Source: Eledone cirrhosa (taxonomy: Eukaryota). From it: a DNA stretch of 64,000 nt. Positions 1 to 14,990 of the stretch are shown piece after piece. The notes under the pieces were generated by a model, which did not search any database, had not been told where the DNA came from, and saw only the letters and a list, made by a program, of their open reading frames with translations. Each line of letters opens with the position of its first letter. The stretch's first letter is position 1. The stretch covers positions 1,240,001 through 1,304,000 of the forward strand of contig OZ024750.1 in NCBI GenBank assembly GCA_964016885.1, given 5' to 3'. Position numbers and translations under genes: made by a program.

Positions 1-405
1 AGGAAAAGTTGTAAGGATTCCGGCAAAGCTGGTCGGAGTCAGATACAATATTTTAATGGTAAACAGGACTTTTCTTGGATGCCTCACATATATCCGACAT
101 TGGAGCCTTTTGTAGTATCAACAAGTTAACTCCTGCATATATATATAATGTAAAGAGTCGGAACCCCAACGGCTGAGCTCTTGCTGTTTCAACAGCTATA
201 GTACTCTAATGAGTAATGGTCTAACTAGTTTCTAAATGAATCCAGCCTGATATATATATAATATATATACATATATCATATATATATATATGTATATATA
301 TATGTATATATATGTATATATATATGTATATATATGTATATATATATATGTATATGTATATATATGTATAGATATATATGTATATGTATATATATGTATA
401 TATAT

Positions 406-457
<52 letters not shown>

Positions 458-458
458 G

Positions 459-619
459 TCTCTCCACCACTCCCCTACTCTGTTCCCACACACTTCTCAC
501 CTGAGGAAGGGCTTATGCCCGAAACGTCGTTCCCCACCACCACCCCACTCTCCAGAGCGTGAAATTAATAAACATTCGTTGTACTGCCTCTCTGTTTTGT
601 TCCTGTTCAAATGTTTCCA

Positions 620-620
<1 letters not shown>
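459..620 (+). mobile_element. Penelope-like pLTR remnant with hammerhead motif, between (TA)n tracts
   Basis: Unique ~160 bp island between TA tracts containing an HHR core (501-528) followed by AATAAA at ~567. Confidence 0.65.
497..531 (+). ncRNA. Minimal type I hammerhead ribozyme motif
   Basis: CTGAGGA-A-GGGC-ttat-GCCC-GAAAC-GTC: conserved core, 4-bp stem II, palindromic ACGT stem III, GUC cleavage triplet. Stem I is weak. Confidence 0.75.
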
Positions 621-1748
<1,128 letters not shown>

Positions 1749-1800
1749 TATATGTACATATATATGTATATATATATGTATATATATATATATGTATATA

Positions 1801-1833
<33 letters not shown>

Positions 1834-1843
<10 letters not shown>

Positions 1844-2112
1844 AGATCAAAAGATGTTTAAATGAGTTCCATGTATTTTATTATGCGCATTTCAAAAACA
1901 TGCAATAACATTTGTGTTTTCATCAGATAAAATAGGAGGACATGATATGAAGGTTAAAAAACACTTGTGGATAGTGCAGTTTTAAATCAACATGGAACTC
2001 ATTTAACCATCTTTTGATCTTATATATTATGTATACTCCAGTCCTACAAACTGTAGAGTGATTCTTATCCGATATCTGCATTGCTTTATTGTGCTACAAT
2101 AAAACTCACTTC

Positions 2113-2116
<4 letters not shown>
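1834..2116. mobile_element. PLE remnant: inverted pair with HHR-like core on the minus strand
   Basis: 1834-1874 is inverted at 1990-2030. Minus strand 1880-1930 reads ttat-CTGATGA-stem-GAAA-tgcgca-taa. The part at 2008-2116 recurs inverted at 46057-46165. Confidence 0.65.
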
Positions 2117-2156
<40 letters not shown>

Positions 2157-2159
<3 letters not shown>

Positions 2160-2477
2160 GATAAATCTACCAAGAGTTTACGGTAGTGTCCAATCCGTAT
2201 GAAGAACTCAATGTAATCCGGATATCATGGAAAGAAGAGATGCAATGAAAAATCACTTTCGGTGAAAGATAAACGGAATACAGAGTCAAGATAAAATATT
2301 AAAAAAATAATGAATAAAACAATGAAACAGTTCCTTATATTAAACAAAAAAAGTTCATTATTTAACGATCGTTTCTGGGATATATTCTGGGACATATCCC
2401 AGAAACGATCGTTAAATAATGAACTTTTTTTGTTTAATATAAGGAACTGTTTCATTGTTTTATTCATTATTTTTTTA

Positions 2478-2486
<9 letters not shown>
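2157..2486. mobile_element. PLE-like remnant forming a perfect 93-bp-arm hairpin
   Basis: Arms 2291-2383 and 2394-2486. The centre contains TGGGA-cata-TCCCA-GAAAC-GATC-GTTA (3' half of an HHR). (TA)n on both sides. Confidence 0.6.
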
Positions 2487-2548
<62 letters not shown>

Positions 2549-2660
2549 GTATATATATATGTATATATATATGTATATATATATATATATCCAAACAGAA
2601 CCTGAACTGTTAAGGTCTGATTCCTGGATATGTCAATATTTATAAAACAAGCTCTGTATT

Positions 2661-2710
2661 TTATCTGATGAGAGCGTACCAAAGTTTTGGTACCCTTGAA
2701 ATATATATAA
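2661..2710 (+). ncRNA. Hammerhead ribozyme motif in a PLE remnant (2591-2760)
   Basis: CTGATGA-gagcGTACCAAA-gt-TTTGGTAC-cctt-GAAA-tatata, then AATAAA; island flanked by (TA)n. Confidence 0.7.
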
Positions 2711-2758
2711 TAGAATAAATATGGTTTTATAAATATAGTTTCCATTTATTAATATCAT

Positions 2759-2813
<55 letters not shown>

Positions 2814-2911
2814 GATACACAATAAATATTTTTACATATATATATATATATACAATGCTTCAAGTAAACTACAAACTCTCTCTCTCAATTATTATTATTA
2901 TTATTATTATT

Positions 2912-3122
2912 ATTGGCAGTATAAGTAGAGGGTCGGACGCCATGCTTTGACGCAAAGAGTTACGGCCCTTTATGGTCTGAGTTCAAATCCCGCCGAGGTT
3001 AACTTTGCCTTTCATCCTTACGGGGTCGATAAATAAAGTACCAGTCACGCACTGGGGTTGATTTAATCGACTTTCCCCTCCCCCAAAATTGCTGGCCTTG
3101 TGCCTATATAAAAAAAACATTA
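2912..3122 (+). mobile_element. tRNA-derived SINE, long variant
   Basis: A-box-like TGGCAGT..., B-box GAGTTCAAATCC, central gcctttcatccttacggggtcgataaa..gtaccag (Meta-domain-like); inserted in (ATT)n. Confidence 0.9.
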
Positions 3123-4420
3123 TTATTATTATTATTATTATATTATTGTTAGTATTATTATTATAATTCAACGAAAGCAGCATCAAGTCTTGATTATATA
3201 ACCCCTTCGTTGACATGACTCTCTTCCATTTGTCTTTTTTAATAAAATCCTGGCGAATAAAGTTTTCAATTTCATGATGGAGACATCACGTTGTTTTGTA
3301 TTTCAGAAAAAACCCCACAAAAAACAAAACAAATAACGAAAAACCAAAAATGTCTGCTCTATTTCACAGCCATGTCATACTTGTTATTTTCACTTATTTA
3401 CACAGTGCTCGCCAGATTAATTTATACATACAACTCTAAGTCGAGAGTATTGTTCACTACCATAAGTAATTAATCCTCGTATATTAAATGAACAAGAATT
3501 TCAAGATAATCTAGATGAACACTTGTTAAGATGTGTACAAAAAGAAGTGAAGCAGAAGATATGAACCTTGGAGATTTTATGCTCAGCATTACGGAAAGTC
3601 AATTTCATTAAATTATGAATACATAACTGTCAACATTTTTCCTTTAAGACAAGCTACAGAGACTTCAATAAAGAACAACTTTCAAAACTTTAGAATATCG
3701 CTAAGTTCAAATTTCATGTGTCATTGGCATACACTGGATAGAAACCACACTCATATGCTAGATTTACAATTCTGAGATGCATATTCCGTATGAAACTTAT
3801 CTAGCACGTTAGTGATGTCAATATCAGTTGGAAGTTTTCAGTTTGTGACAAAAGACTGACCTTTTCAGTTATTTCATGCAATGAAAACAACGTATTGAGA
3901 GAGATTTGTAAGATTAAATAGTTAGATTAGAAGTGTTATTATTGGTAAATCTGAAGTGTAGATAAACGTACTTAACATTTCAGAAATCACTGGGATCCAT
4001 AGGTCCAGTAGATAACATAGAAGTTGTAGCTTCAAGTAGAATGGAGAAAAGTCTGTTTATGGCGCATCACAAGTAACAATTCTTTTATTTCTCCACATTT
4101 TTAAGGGAAGGAAAGCTCGGTGAATAAAATGTTCTATGAAGAAATGTGACGAAACACTTGAATTGAATTTGAACTCACTACCTATGAGCAGTACATCGTT
4201 ATATTTAGTCATTTACCTTCGAATTTAAATGATGACAGAAGTATATCTGATCGACCCAACAAAATGTCGGACGACCTGCTGTCTTGTATTGTATAACGTC
4301 ATTGACGTAGAATTGTACCAATAAACAATATACTTATATCTCATCAGTTAAGCGAACTTAAATATAAATAAGTATCATAAATAGACACATCTCATTCCTG
4401 AAAGTAGAATGGTACTGTAT

Positions 4421-4599
4421 AATTGTTTCTACTTTTGGCACAAGGCCAGCAATTACCCAGTGCATTACTGGTACTTTATTTTATCGACCTCGTAAGGATG
4501 AAAGGCAAAGTTAACCTCGGCAGGATTTGAACTCAGAATGGCAAGGACCGTAACTCTATGCGTCAAAGCATGGCGTCCGACCCTCTACCGATACTGCCA
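4421..4599 (-). mobile_element. tRNA-derived SINE, short variant, with TSD
   Basis: Same family. 16-bp TSD atggtac(t/a)gtataatt at 4409-4424 and 4599-4614. Confidence 0.92.
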
Positions 4600-5647
4600 T
4601 GGTACAGTATAATTAAAGAGTGTTTAGCTGAGCGAAGTTCTAAGCCCAGCTATGGAATATCCATTAAAGAATCGCTTACATTATGGTACCTTATAATATA
4701 TATTATGGTAATCACACAACATAAAACTAGATCTGATTGGCAAAGCTGGTTGAACAAATATATATATATGTGGAAGATTATTTTCTGTGTAAAGAAAGAT
4801 AAGTGCTAGAATAGAATAAGACATTTATATATTCAATTAGCTACTGAATACTTCTTTATAATTTACTAGAAATAAATATACTTCCTTTTACGTGTCAAGT
4901 ACATCATTTATTTTTGTAACGAAAAGACTTTTATGTTATGGATTGGTTTCTAATGTATGTTGGTATAATATTTGAAATGATGGTTTTATATTTCCCCATA
5001 AGTGTATATATTTCCTGTATCTATTTCACTGCATCACGGAATCTTCGGTTGGAAATTTTTACTGATTAAGTATTTAAATATATCATTTTGAAAATTATAG
5101 CAACGTTTCTAAAACTTAGATATCATCAACATCATAAATACCTCCATTATCATCCCACAAACCTGCAAATCAGCCAATATCATTAAACCCATCTTAACTA
5201 GAGACCAGCTGCGCAGTAACATTAACATTTAGTTATCTTCAAATAGTAAAAGAAATAAACTATATGATAACAACTTTATCATGAATAAGGTTATCATCCA
5301 TGTCGTCGCTGTATCCCCCCTCCTCCTGAACATTATCATCATTTTTGGAATACGGAGTTTTCAATGTAATATATTAAATTAAAATATAATTATCGATTCT
5401 TTTACTGTCAGAGGAATGTCGAGGAATGGTAGACATTGCGAAAAGGAATTACAAACTGATATCTTTTAGAGAGTTTGATTGGAAACTAAAAGACAACGAA
5501 AGCCGTTCTACAAGTGATCAACATACATCGACATGCCAGCAACCCCCAGATACAGTGAAAGTGATCACATTACATCACTGGTATTTATGTTACCTCAGAA
5601 GTATTCGAATTTAGAAGGTAAATAGATATAATTAAAATTCGCAAGGA

Positions 5648-5713
5648 ATAATTGTTTCTACTTTTGGCACAAGGCCAGCAATTATCCCAGTGTATTACTG
5701 GTACTTTATTTTA
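5648..5713 (-). mobile_element. 5'-truncated SINE
   Basis: Matches the 3' end of the SINE family. Confidence 0.8.
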
Positions 5714-6485
5714 CGGGGAATAAGTACTAAAATAATAGTTTCTACTTAAGGGACAAGGCCAGACATTTAAGGGGAGTGATAAGTTCATTATATCAACCCC
5801 GACAAAATTAACGTTACTAACAGGAACAAATACAGCAAAGGTTTTGTCTGGATCTATGCCAATCCACCGATCTTTAAAACTATAATAACCTTAATAACCT
5901 AAAGTTGTTCCAATGCTTCTCCAGCTCGACAGAAGGTGTGGAAGGAATGCTGCATAGATTCAATTCAGAACAACCTACTAAACTTGGTAAAATATAGTTT
6001 TTACATTGATAAGACGAGCTTTATCGCAAAAAAGAATTATGTAAATAAAGAACTGTAGATTTTTTAGTGTATGATCATGCGTTTATTTGTTCAAAATTAG
6101 ATGATTTTTTTCCTTTAAACAATTTCCCACACACTCTTATGATTTTATTATAACTTGTAATTTTTTAGATTCTAAATTATCCTTTTTTCCTCTCCGGAAA
6201 AATCTAATTTTGAAACTTCACCCACAGCGGTTATCTTAAAAATAAATAAAATCTCAGTAAAGTCGTTTTTCAGTGCCGAAATGAATATTATAAAGAATTA
6301 CTCACTTAACAAATGGAAATATGTCGTATATAACCACCTACCACCCACAATAGTGGTAATATATATCAAACTACATAGCAAACTTTAGATAATTTACCAA
6401 GTGTAAATTATAAAAGTTATACCACGCTACGGCACATATCTAAATATGTTTAACCGACAATGGACACACTTTATTATATAGAATA

Positions 6486-6685
6486 TGAGGTTCGACCGAA
6501 AAGTTCCTTGGCTGACTATGAAGGAGTGATGCTAGAGCTGTGGAATCTTGTATGCATTATTTCAATTCTTTTTTATTAATAATTGAATTGTTTCGTTCCA
6601 GGGTATATGTTGAAAAATAAACCTCATTTGGTCATTCCATGAGAGTATCTTGGTTAGCTGACTAACGTTTCAGTCGATCATTGCA
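6486..6685. mobile_element. Mariner-type MITE, diverged copy
   Basis: Alignable over ~200 bp to 33227-33424; degenerate TIRs. Confidence 0.75.
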
Positions 6686-6832
6686 TAGAATATACTCGTA
6701 GATAACAATAGGGAGTAGTCGCTGGTAAAATTAGTCCGGATGTTCTCTCCTTTTCTGTCCACAAAGATATTGTATATAATATTAAGATAGTCATATCTCT
6801 ATACATAGATTGTTGCCTAAAAATCAAATATA

Positions 6833-6907
<75 letters not shown>

Positions 6908-6910
<3 letters not shown>

Positions 6911-6973
6911 GAGTTCGGATCTAACTATCGAAACGGCCGGAGCTCAGCCGTCGGGGTCCTGACGCTTTTCCTA
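6908..6973 (+). mobile_element. PLE-like family fragment with truncated HHR (atgag...GAAACGGCCG)
   Basis: Homologous to 152-200 and 35011-35094; flanked by (TA)n. Confidence 0.55.
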
Positions 6974-7767
6974 TATATATATGGAGCCACTCCAACACCA
7001 ATAGGACGTGAGGGCTCAAGAAAATAAAGAAAGACAGATAATGTGTTGAATAGAGCTGGGCTGCCTACATACTGTGTAAACAACTTTCTGACGAATATAT
7101 AATCGTATAAAAAGAATTTTAAAAGAAAAACCTTTTTCTTTAGTTGTAATTATTCATAAAAGAATTAGACTGCCAAGCAATCAATCAAGAAAACAAAGAG
7201 AATGAAAAGAAAGACACCTAAGTTATTTGGTAGTTGTCGGATATGTTGGAGGTAATGTTGGTAGTGGTGTGGTATAATAACACCAACAGGAATACAAATG
7301 ATTATGATGGTAAAGTTCATGGCTGTGATGATGGCAAGAATGAATCTTATACCATGAGCAGCTGTAGCAGAAGAAATATCAATAACAACAACGGTAAGAA
7401 GAACAAAGAATATTGAGAAGAAAGCAAGTGGAAAATATGCAAACATGAGAAACAAAAGCTGGTTGAGAAATACGGTATTAGCGAGTTGTCCGAGAAGGGA
7501 AATTTATGGAGCTTCTTGTGTTTCCACACGAATTGGTGCAATGTCATTTTGTATTAAAGAAAAAGGATTAAGACGAGTGCGTGCGCATAAGCACTTACAC
7601 ATATACAGATACATGCGTAGCTAGCTAGATACTTAACTATATACACATATACAATCATACATATAAAGGCCAATACATAATAAGTACACACATACTTGCA
7701 TTCATAAAATGGCTGGCAAACAATGCATGCATAGACACACATACATACATATGTACATACTTACAAA

Positions 7768-7827
<60 letters not shown>

Positions 7828-8101
7828 GTACATACATACAGCACATACATACATACAAATATACATACATACATACATCAGATAAATACATACATATGCA
7901 CACATACATACGTACCTACATCGCATAAAAATATACATACAACATGCATGCATGCATGCATAAATATTTATACGTGCATGTGTCTATGTATATATTGTGT
8001 GTACAAACCCGTTGCTTTCTGCGTGTTGAATATTGTTTGTCTCGTATCTGTATAGTGCATCGTTTCCTTGAGCACAATTTATCTAAAGGTTTCAACCAGG
8101 T

Positions 8102-8132
<31 letters not shown>

Positions 8133-9543
8133 TTTAGGGAGAGTCATGATGCCAATATAAACACATGCACCATTGAGTTTCATTTCAGTTTATCAATAAC
8201 AATTAACAATTAAAGAGAACCAGCCGATTATTAAACTAATTTATATATGGATTACTTAACTAGTACAAGTGTTTTTATTGGTAGTATCACTCCTCACCAC
8301 TTATACATATATAAATAATCAAATATATACATATACATACATATACATACATATACACACATATATATACATATATATATACACACACACACACACCACA
8401 CACACACATATATATATATACACACATATGTGTGTGTGTGAGTGTGTAAAAATTAAACAGGAATAACATGTATATATACATGTGTGCATGTATGTGTGTG
8501 TGTGTGTTTGTATGGGCATATATTTATGTGTATATATATGTATTTGACAGACGTGCATATTCATTGCATGTGATTATACGTTAAGTATATTAGATGGATG
8601 CTTGTAGATTTTTAATGGTAGAGAAGTGATGAAGATGATGATGAGGAAGCTGGGAATATAGTGTAGAATGTCAGACGTGATTTAGCAGCTTACTCTACAG
8701 ATCTAATCATGCAGTCGATAACTGGGACAGAAAAACAATTACAAACACTGCTAGGTATCAAACATAATTATTTATTTGAACTGATACCTTTTGTGTTTTC
8801 CTAATGTTTTTTCGTGTATAGAGTTGTATAAAACGTCAAAGTGTTGATAAAGCTAAAAGAAATTCGTCTTTTTCAACTGGTGTTTAATTTTTATTGTTAT
8901 TTTCTTGCAAACAAATATATGACTTTGAAAGAAAAATATAAAATATAGTTGAAAGCAGATGAAAAGAACAGTGATAGATTCTAGTGATAGATCAAAGTAC
9001 CAAATGTCAGTCATCTGTGAAAGTTAATGCAGGGTTAATATATATCTTGAGCTGAGATCAACTTTGGTAAACGTTTACGCATTTTCTTAGGGATAGTTTA
9101 AAGGAAACCGAATCACTTGAAATGTTTTATCAATACTTGGAATTGTCACGGTTTGGTAAATAGAAGGGGCCATTATCTTTTATGCTTTTATTGATTCCAA
9201 TCATTATGTTGCGGCCATACAGGGACACTGCTTTCATGGGTTTTAGTTGATTATATTCACTTCGGTTCTTTATCTCATAAGTATCATGTTGATCTCTAGA
9301 GTAAAAATAGCAAAGTTGATTTGGACAGGACCTAAACGTTGAACATAAAATGATGTATGAAATACCGCAAAGAATATTGTCGAGCGCTCTACTGATTCAG
9401 TGAATATTAAATATTCTAAATCCTTCCTTTTGTAGACGATACAGAAAATTGATTTTTATTAAGGCTGTTGATGTTTAAACTGTTAATGGTTATAAACAAG
9501 TGTCCAAAAGTATGTTTAGTGTGGGATATAGAATTATTACAGA

Positions 9544-9950
9544 GTAGACATGGAAGGACTGAGATCCCTAGTAGGTGTAGACATGGAAGGACTGAGATCC
9601 CTAGTAGGTGTAGACATGGAAGGACTGAGATCCCTAGTAGGTGTAGACATGGAATGACTGAGATCCCTAGTAGGTGTAGACATGGAAGGACTGAGATCCC
9701 TAGTAGGTGTAGACATGGAATGACTGAGATCCCTAGTAGGTGTAGACATGGAAGGACTGAGATCCCTAGTAGGTGTAGACATGGAATGACTGAGATCCCT
9801 AGTAGGTGTAGACATGGAAGGACTGAGATCCCTAGTAGGTGTAGACATGACATGGAAGGACTGAGATCCCTAGTAGGTGTAGACATGGAAGGACTGAGAT
9901 CCCTAGTAGGTGTAGACATGGAAGGACTGAGATCCCTAGTAGGTGTAGAC
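9544..9950. repeat. 33-bp minisatellite, ~12 copies
   Basis: Unit gtagacatggaa(g/t)gactgagatccctagtaggt; one 5-bp insertion near 9848. Confidence 0.97.
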
Positions 9951-11009
9951 TACATTACAAAGACATTAGGAATTTAAATAAGAACACGGATTGAAAATAA
10001 TATCATGTGAATTCTGAGTTCAAATCCCACTGAGGTCAAAATTGCTTTTTATCTCACCATGGTCAATATAATAAAATATGATAAAGAAATAGTCATAACA
10101 AGTTACTTTATTGATTGATATTATCATAATGCATCATACATGTGAATGGCTGACGCTCTACCGATCCTCCAACTCACTACACTTAATAATATATGGTCCA
10201 GAAAAGGGCTGATGGACTGGCAGAATTGGTAGAGCGCCGGATATGGTGCCATTGTGGTATTTGTTGTGGCTCTTTATATTCCGAGCTCAAAACGACCTTC
10301 TTCTCAGAAAGAATAATAATAATAATAATAAGAAGAAGAAGAGCTCAACGTAATCAAAGTTGTGTTAGAATTAATACCCCCAGCACCCCGAAACATTGGA
10401 TTTGCTTTGTAGCATGTAATTATAATGTGTGATCATATAACTAACATCGTCGATGAAGCTTCTCGTGCTGATATCGCTGACGTGAAATTACAATCGTTAC
10501 ACGGTAAATGGAAGACTGTGTGCTATAGTTTCATACTCCATACACACTTGAAGACAGACACACAGACAGACAGCTATACACTGACACTGACACATACATA
10601 CACTACAATCTCCTGGAAATACTCCGTGGTATATATATCTTTGAACTATGACTTATGAAGTATATCGAGTGTTGTTAAGGGAAGAGGATAGTAAAATTAG
10701 TCGAGAAATAAATATGAAGAAATATGGTTGCCAGCAAAGAGAAATACAAAACAACATGATATAATGACGTCACTGTCATATGTACCCAACCATGTCTAAT
10801 GGCGTACCATTGGAGCTGGCTTGTTTGTGAATTGCCTCTAATTAAACGATGAAAGTAACAAGAAATTCGATGAATTATTTACCTTCGATGGTTTGTTATA
10901 TACAGATGACACACGCATCTACATACATCTATATAATCATAAACACGTACACATATATACATACATACATCTATATAGCTATATACACGTACACGTATTT
11001 ATGTGCACG

Positions 11010-11087
<78 letters not shown>

Positions 11088-11748
11088 TATGTGTGTATGT
11101 GTGTTGCTGTATGCAGACATTGATTCAGATATAGATGCAAAGATAGATACAAAAAAAAAGAAAATGTAAATTTGAACATGTTTTATATGTATACATGTGT
11201 TAATGTGCATAAATGTGCTTGTGTGTCTGTGTATATGTATATATGCATGTATGTATATATGTGTGTATTTGTGCATGTATGGGTGCATGGTGTGTGTGTG
11301 TGTATCTAAGTATGTTAGGCCTACTCTACGTGAAATAAGAAAAATAATTCCTCTAACGGCACAAGAAATAATTTATAGTTAAAATAGAAATACAAATGGT
11401 AAGTAAAACATAAAAAATAACTTGCAAGAAATTAAAAGAAGAGAATTAAAAAAGAAACCTAAGTTCTCAAACTTTCTAACAATCGTGATTGGTCATTTGT
11501 TTTTTATATCTTGCCAGTAAAACTTATTTGTCAATGTTGAAGACCCCCCTCTCTCTCCACACACACACACACACACATACATACACTCCCTTTCTCTCTC
11601 CCCACACACACACACAATATTATATATATATATGTATATATAGGGTTTGACAAAGATACCTCCCACATTTTAATGGGTGACCGTGTAAAACATGGGAGGT
11701 TCTTTTTGTTGCCCCCTATATGTATATATATATATATATTTATATATA

Positions 11749-11973
11749 TATTTATTAAAATAACAGATAAAAGTTTAAGCAAAGAATCGCTGCTTTCACC
11801 CTTAACGGTTTAAGTTTCAGAAGATCCCGTTAAGGGTGAAAGCAGCCATTCTTTGCTTAAACTTTAATCTGTTATTTTAATAAATATTTGCTCTACGGTT
11901 CTTATATATTTGATATATATTTATCCTTATCGAGCAGTCTTTGGATTTTAGTCTTCAAATTTATTATTATTAC
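11749..11973. mobile_element. PLE-like remnant: inverted pair with variant HHR core
   Basis: Arms ~11749-11808 and 11827-11887; CAGAAGA-t-CCC-gttaa-GGG-t-GAAAGC at 11818-11843. Confidence 0.55.
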
Positions 11974-12099
11974 TATATATATAGGTTTGTGTGTGTGTGA
12001 GGCGGGGGGCAAATGCTAAACGGAAACAACAAAGTAAGCAACACACTACAACGATGAAATATGTTAGTTTAATGTTTGATATAATGGGAAAAGTGTCGT

Positions 12100-12130
12100 T
12101 AGGTTTCGGACATGAGTCTTTCATCAGAAG
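12100..12130 (-). ncRNA. Hammerhead ribozyme motif
   Basis: Minus strand CTGATGA-aa-GAC-tcat-GTC-c-GAAAC-CTA. Confidence 0.6.
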
Positions 12131-12226
12131 ATAGAATAATAAATAAAAGAAGAAATAGAAAGATACAGAGAGTGAAGAGAAAGGAACGAAAAAAAAAAAG
12201 CCTATGTGTGTTCACTCAGCCATTTA

Positions 12227-12263
<37 letters not shown>

Positions 12264-12495
12264 GAGAAGAAAAAGAATACTGCGTGGTTTGCACATGGGT
12301 TACATATGATAAAAATAGTCCTTCATCAGTGATTTTCCAACCATCATTCATATTTCATCGCATTAAAAATCAGATACCTCAGGTTGGTGCGAGCAATAAT
12401 CTAAAAAAAGTTACTGGGACCAGTAATCGCGTAAAACGAGGGGGACAAGTGAACAACATAGAAGGATAAAAACAAACCAAAGAATATATATTATA

Positions 12496-12535
<40 letters not shown>

Positions 12536-12599
12536 TATATATAATTCATATAGAAGGCACCACAATATAAATACACTTTTCCGTTTGTATATATATATA

Positions 12600-12895
12600 G
12601 TATCCCACATTTTAAAATCTCTATAACTGTTACATTAAAGCAACGTTTTTCTTACTCATACCTTCTCTATTGAATTTATTACGTTTTCGCATTTTCTCAT
12701 TATTAGGGTATAAATGTTGAGTTTTCTCATAACTTAATCACTACCTTGATTAAATCTTAACCATTTAACATCTCAGGGTATGTCATGTATCATTATATTT
12801 TGTCTGATGAGGACGTACTGTTGTACCTCTGAAATATGTATAATAAAATTTAATTGATCAAAAGAACATCTATTTTCTTAATATTTGTATTTTAA
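12600..12895 (+). mobile_element. PLE pLTR remnant with HHR at 12804-12840
   Basis: CTGATGA-gga-cGTAC-tgtt-GTAC-ctct-GAAA-tat-GTA-t-AATAAA. A second copy lies inverted at 53688-53845. Confidence 0.7.
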
Positions 12896-13229
12896 TATAT
12901 ATATATATAGTGAGTCTAGCTATCAAAGAAGAGAATGACTGCGATACGTAGTGAATGTAAAATTCTAACGAAAAGCAGAACTCCTGTCATCACTTATCCA
13001 TAATAGCTAACAAACGGAAAAGTGTATTTATATTGTGATGCCTTCCATATTAATTATATATATATTTATATATATATATCTCCCCTCTCTCTATATATCT
13101 GTGTGTATGTATATATGTATCTATCTAACTCTCTTTCTCTCCATATATATATAATGTTATTACACTAAGGTAAAATTACCTTATTGAGTGCTTAGCTGCA
13201 CATTCCGATTGCATTCTTCTTAGCATATT

Positions 13230-13274
<45 letters not shown>

Positions 13275-13442
13275 AACTAAAATAAATAAGTCAAATATTT
13301 AGAATTTGGTTTATTAAATATTTGACTTATTTATTTTAGTTTATTTTACATTACTCAGGAGTAACGAAACCAACCTGCGCACTACGTCGAGTGCTCCAAT
13401 CTGCATACCGAGGTGTTGGTATACAACCAACATATACTCAAA

Positions 13443-13519
<77 letters not shown>

Positions 13520-13940
13520 TGTGTGTGTGTGTGTGCGTGCGTGTGTGCGTGCGCGCGTGTATATATATATATATAAATATATACATCAATAAATTGTTTA
13601 CTAAATTTAACTAAAGTTTTCCTGAGCCATTTTATAGATTTTATGGCAGAATTACTATTTCTAAATCTGCCACAGAAATATTCTGAAGTGTAAAAAATAT
13701 TTAGTGATCATCGATTATCGATGAAGGCCCAATGAGAGAAAAAGGAGTCTACTTATTCTGTAGAATTCTTATTGACTCTGTATATTAGTGTTATTACGTC
13801 ATCAACATCATCGTTATCTTCATTATCGCCATCATCATCATCATCATCATCATCACAAATATATTTATCAACTTAATAATCATCCTCATAATTACAGCAA
13901 CAACAAAACTAACAACAACTACAACAACAATAATAATAAT

Positions 13941-14047
13941 AATTGTTTCTACTATTAGCACAAGGCCAGCAATTACCCAGTGCATTACTGGTACTTTATT
14001 TTATCGACCCCGTAAGGATGAAAGGCAAAGTCAACCTCGGCGGGATT
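13941..14047 (-). mobile_element. 5'-truncated SINE in (AAT)n
   Basis: SINE family match. Confidence 0.85.
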
Positions 14048-14149
14048 AATAATAATAATGATAATAATAATAATGATAATAATGCCTTCTTTATTAACCA
14101 CGAAGGGTTTACATCAAGAAAGATATTATGACGAAAACAGAGTGCGCGC

Positions 14150-14231
<82 letters not shown>

Positions 14232-14233
14232 AT

Positions 14234-14393
14234 AATGGTTTCTTATTTAGGCACAAGGCCAGCAATTTTTTTTGGGGGGAGAGAGGGGAGGGAAAGTCGA
14301 TGAAATTGACATCAGTGCGTGACTGGTACTTTATTTTATCGAGGCAGTAAGGATGAATGGCAAAGTTAACCACGGCGGGATTTGAACTCAGAA
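14234..14393 (-). mobile_element. SINE, long variant, truncated
   Basis: SINE family match including the B box. Confidence 0.85.
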
Positions 14394-14399
14394 TAATAA

Positions 14400-14990
14400 A
14401 AGAAAGAGCAGAGGGATTGAGGTTGGAATGGCCAGTTTGTTAAAGACGTTGGGAAGGAAGCATACAATATTTGGGAGTCTTTGAGCCGGATAAGATCAAA
14501 GAAACAAAATGAAGATGTTCAAAGAAGAAAAGCCGAGGCGGGTGAGACTTGTAACATCGTCTGAATGGAAGGAATAAGATGAAGGAATAAATGGGCTGCG
14601 TCTCTCATGGGCCGTGGGGCAGGAGCTATTGAATGGCGGAAAGATGAATTGGAAAATATTGATAGAAAAATTAGGAAATTGATGAGAGTGATTAACGAAC
14701 TCCACCGAAAGAATAATTGAGGCAAGAAGGTAAAATATTTTAGTTGTGAACAGGAAGAAGAAATTGACATATTGGAGATATCAGAGTGAAGGATAAAGAG
14801 CATGGAAATATGGAGAACTATGAACCAGAGAAGGAGAAGGCAGGAAGGTTCTAAGGAATGAAGAAGGTTTTAGGGATTCCAGTGACATCATGCATATCGG
14901 ACAGTTTCCAGGACTGTGTTATTAGAATCGGAATTGATGCAAGGTTAGAGATCATGCAGCATTTTAAAGAAGGTCTTGTGTTTGCGAGGC
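14400..14990 (+). pseudogene. Decayed R4/Dong-like non-LTR retrotransposon fragment
   Basis: Frameshifted translation gives YLGV.E.DKIKE...RRVRL...LNGRNK...WAASLMGRGAGAIEWRKDELENIDRKIRKLM, matching the post-RT region of R4-clade elements. Confidence 0.65.

Noticed and set aside
2970-2995. SINE heads as tRNA genes
   Set aside because: A/B boxes only, no cloverleaf, followed by SINE body.
9416-9977. Repeat ORFs or a CRISPR-like array
   Set aside because: Head-to-tail 33-bp units with no unique spacers, in a eukaryotic context.
10411-10510. Candidate exon with ttgtag acceptor and gtaaat donor
   Set aside because: No recognisable product or partner exons.
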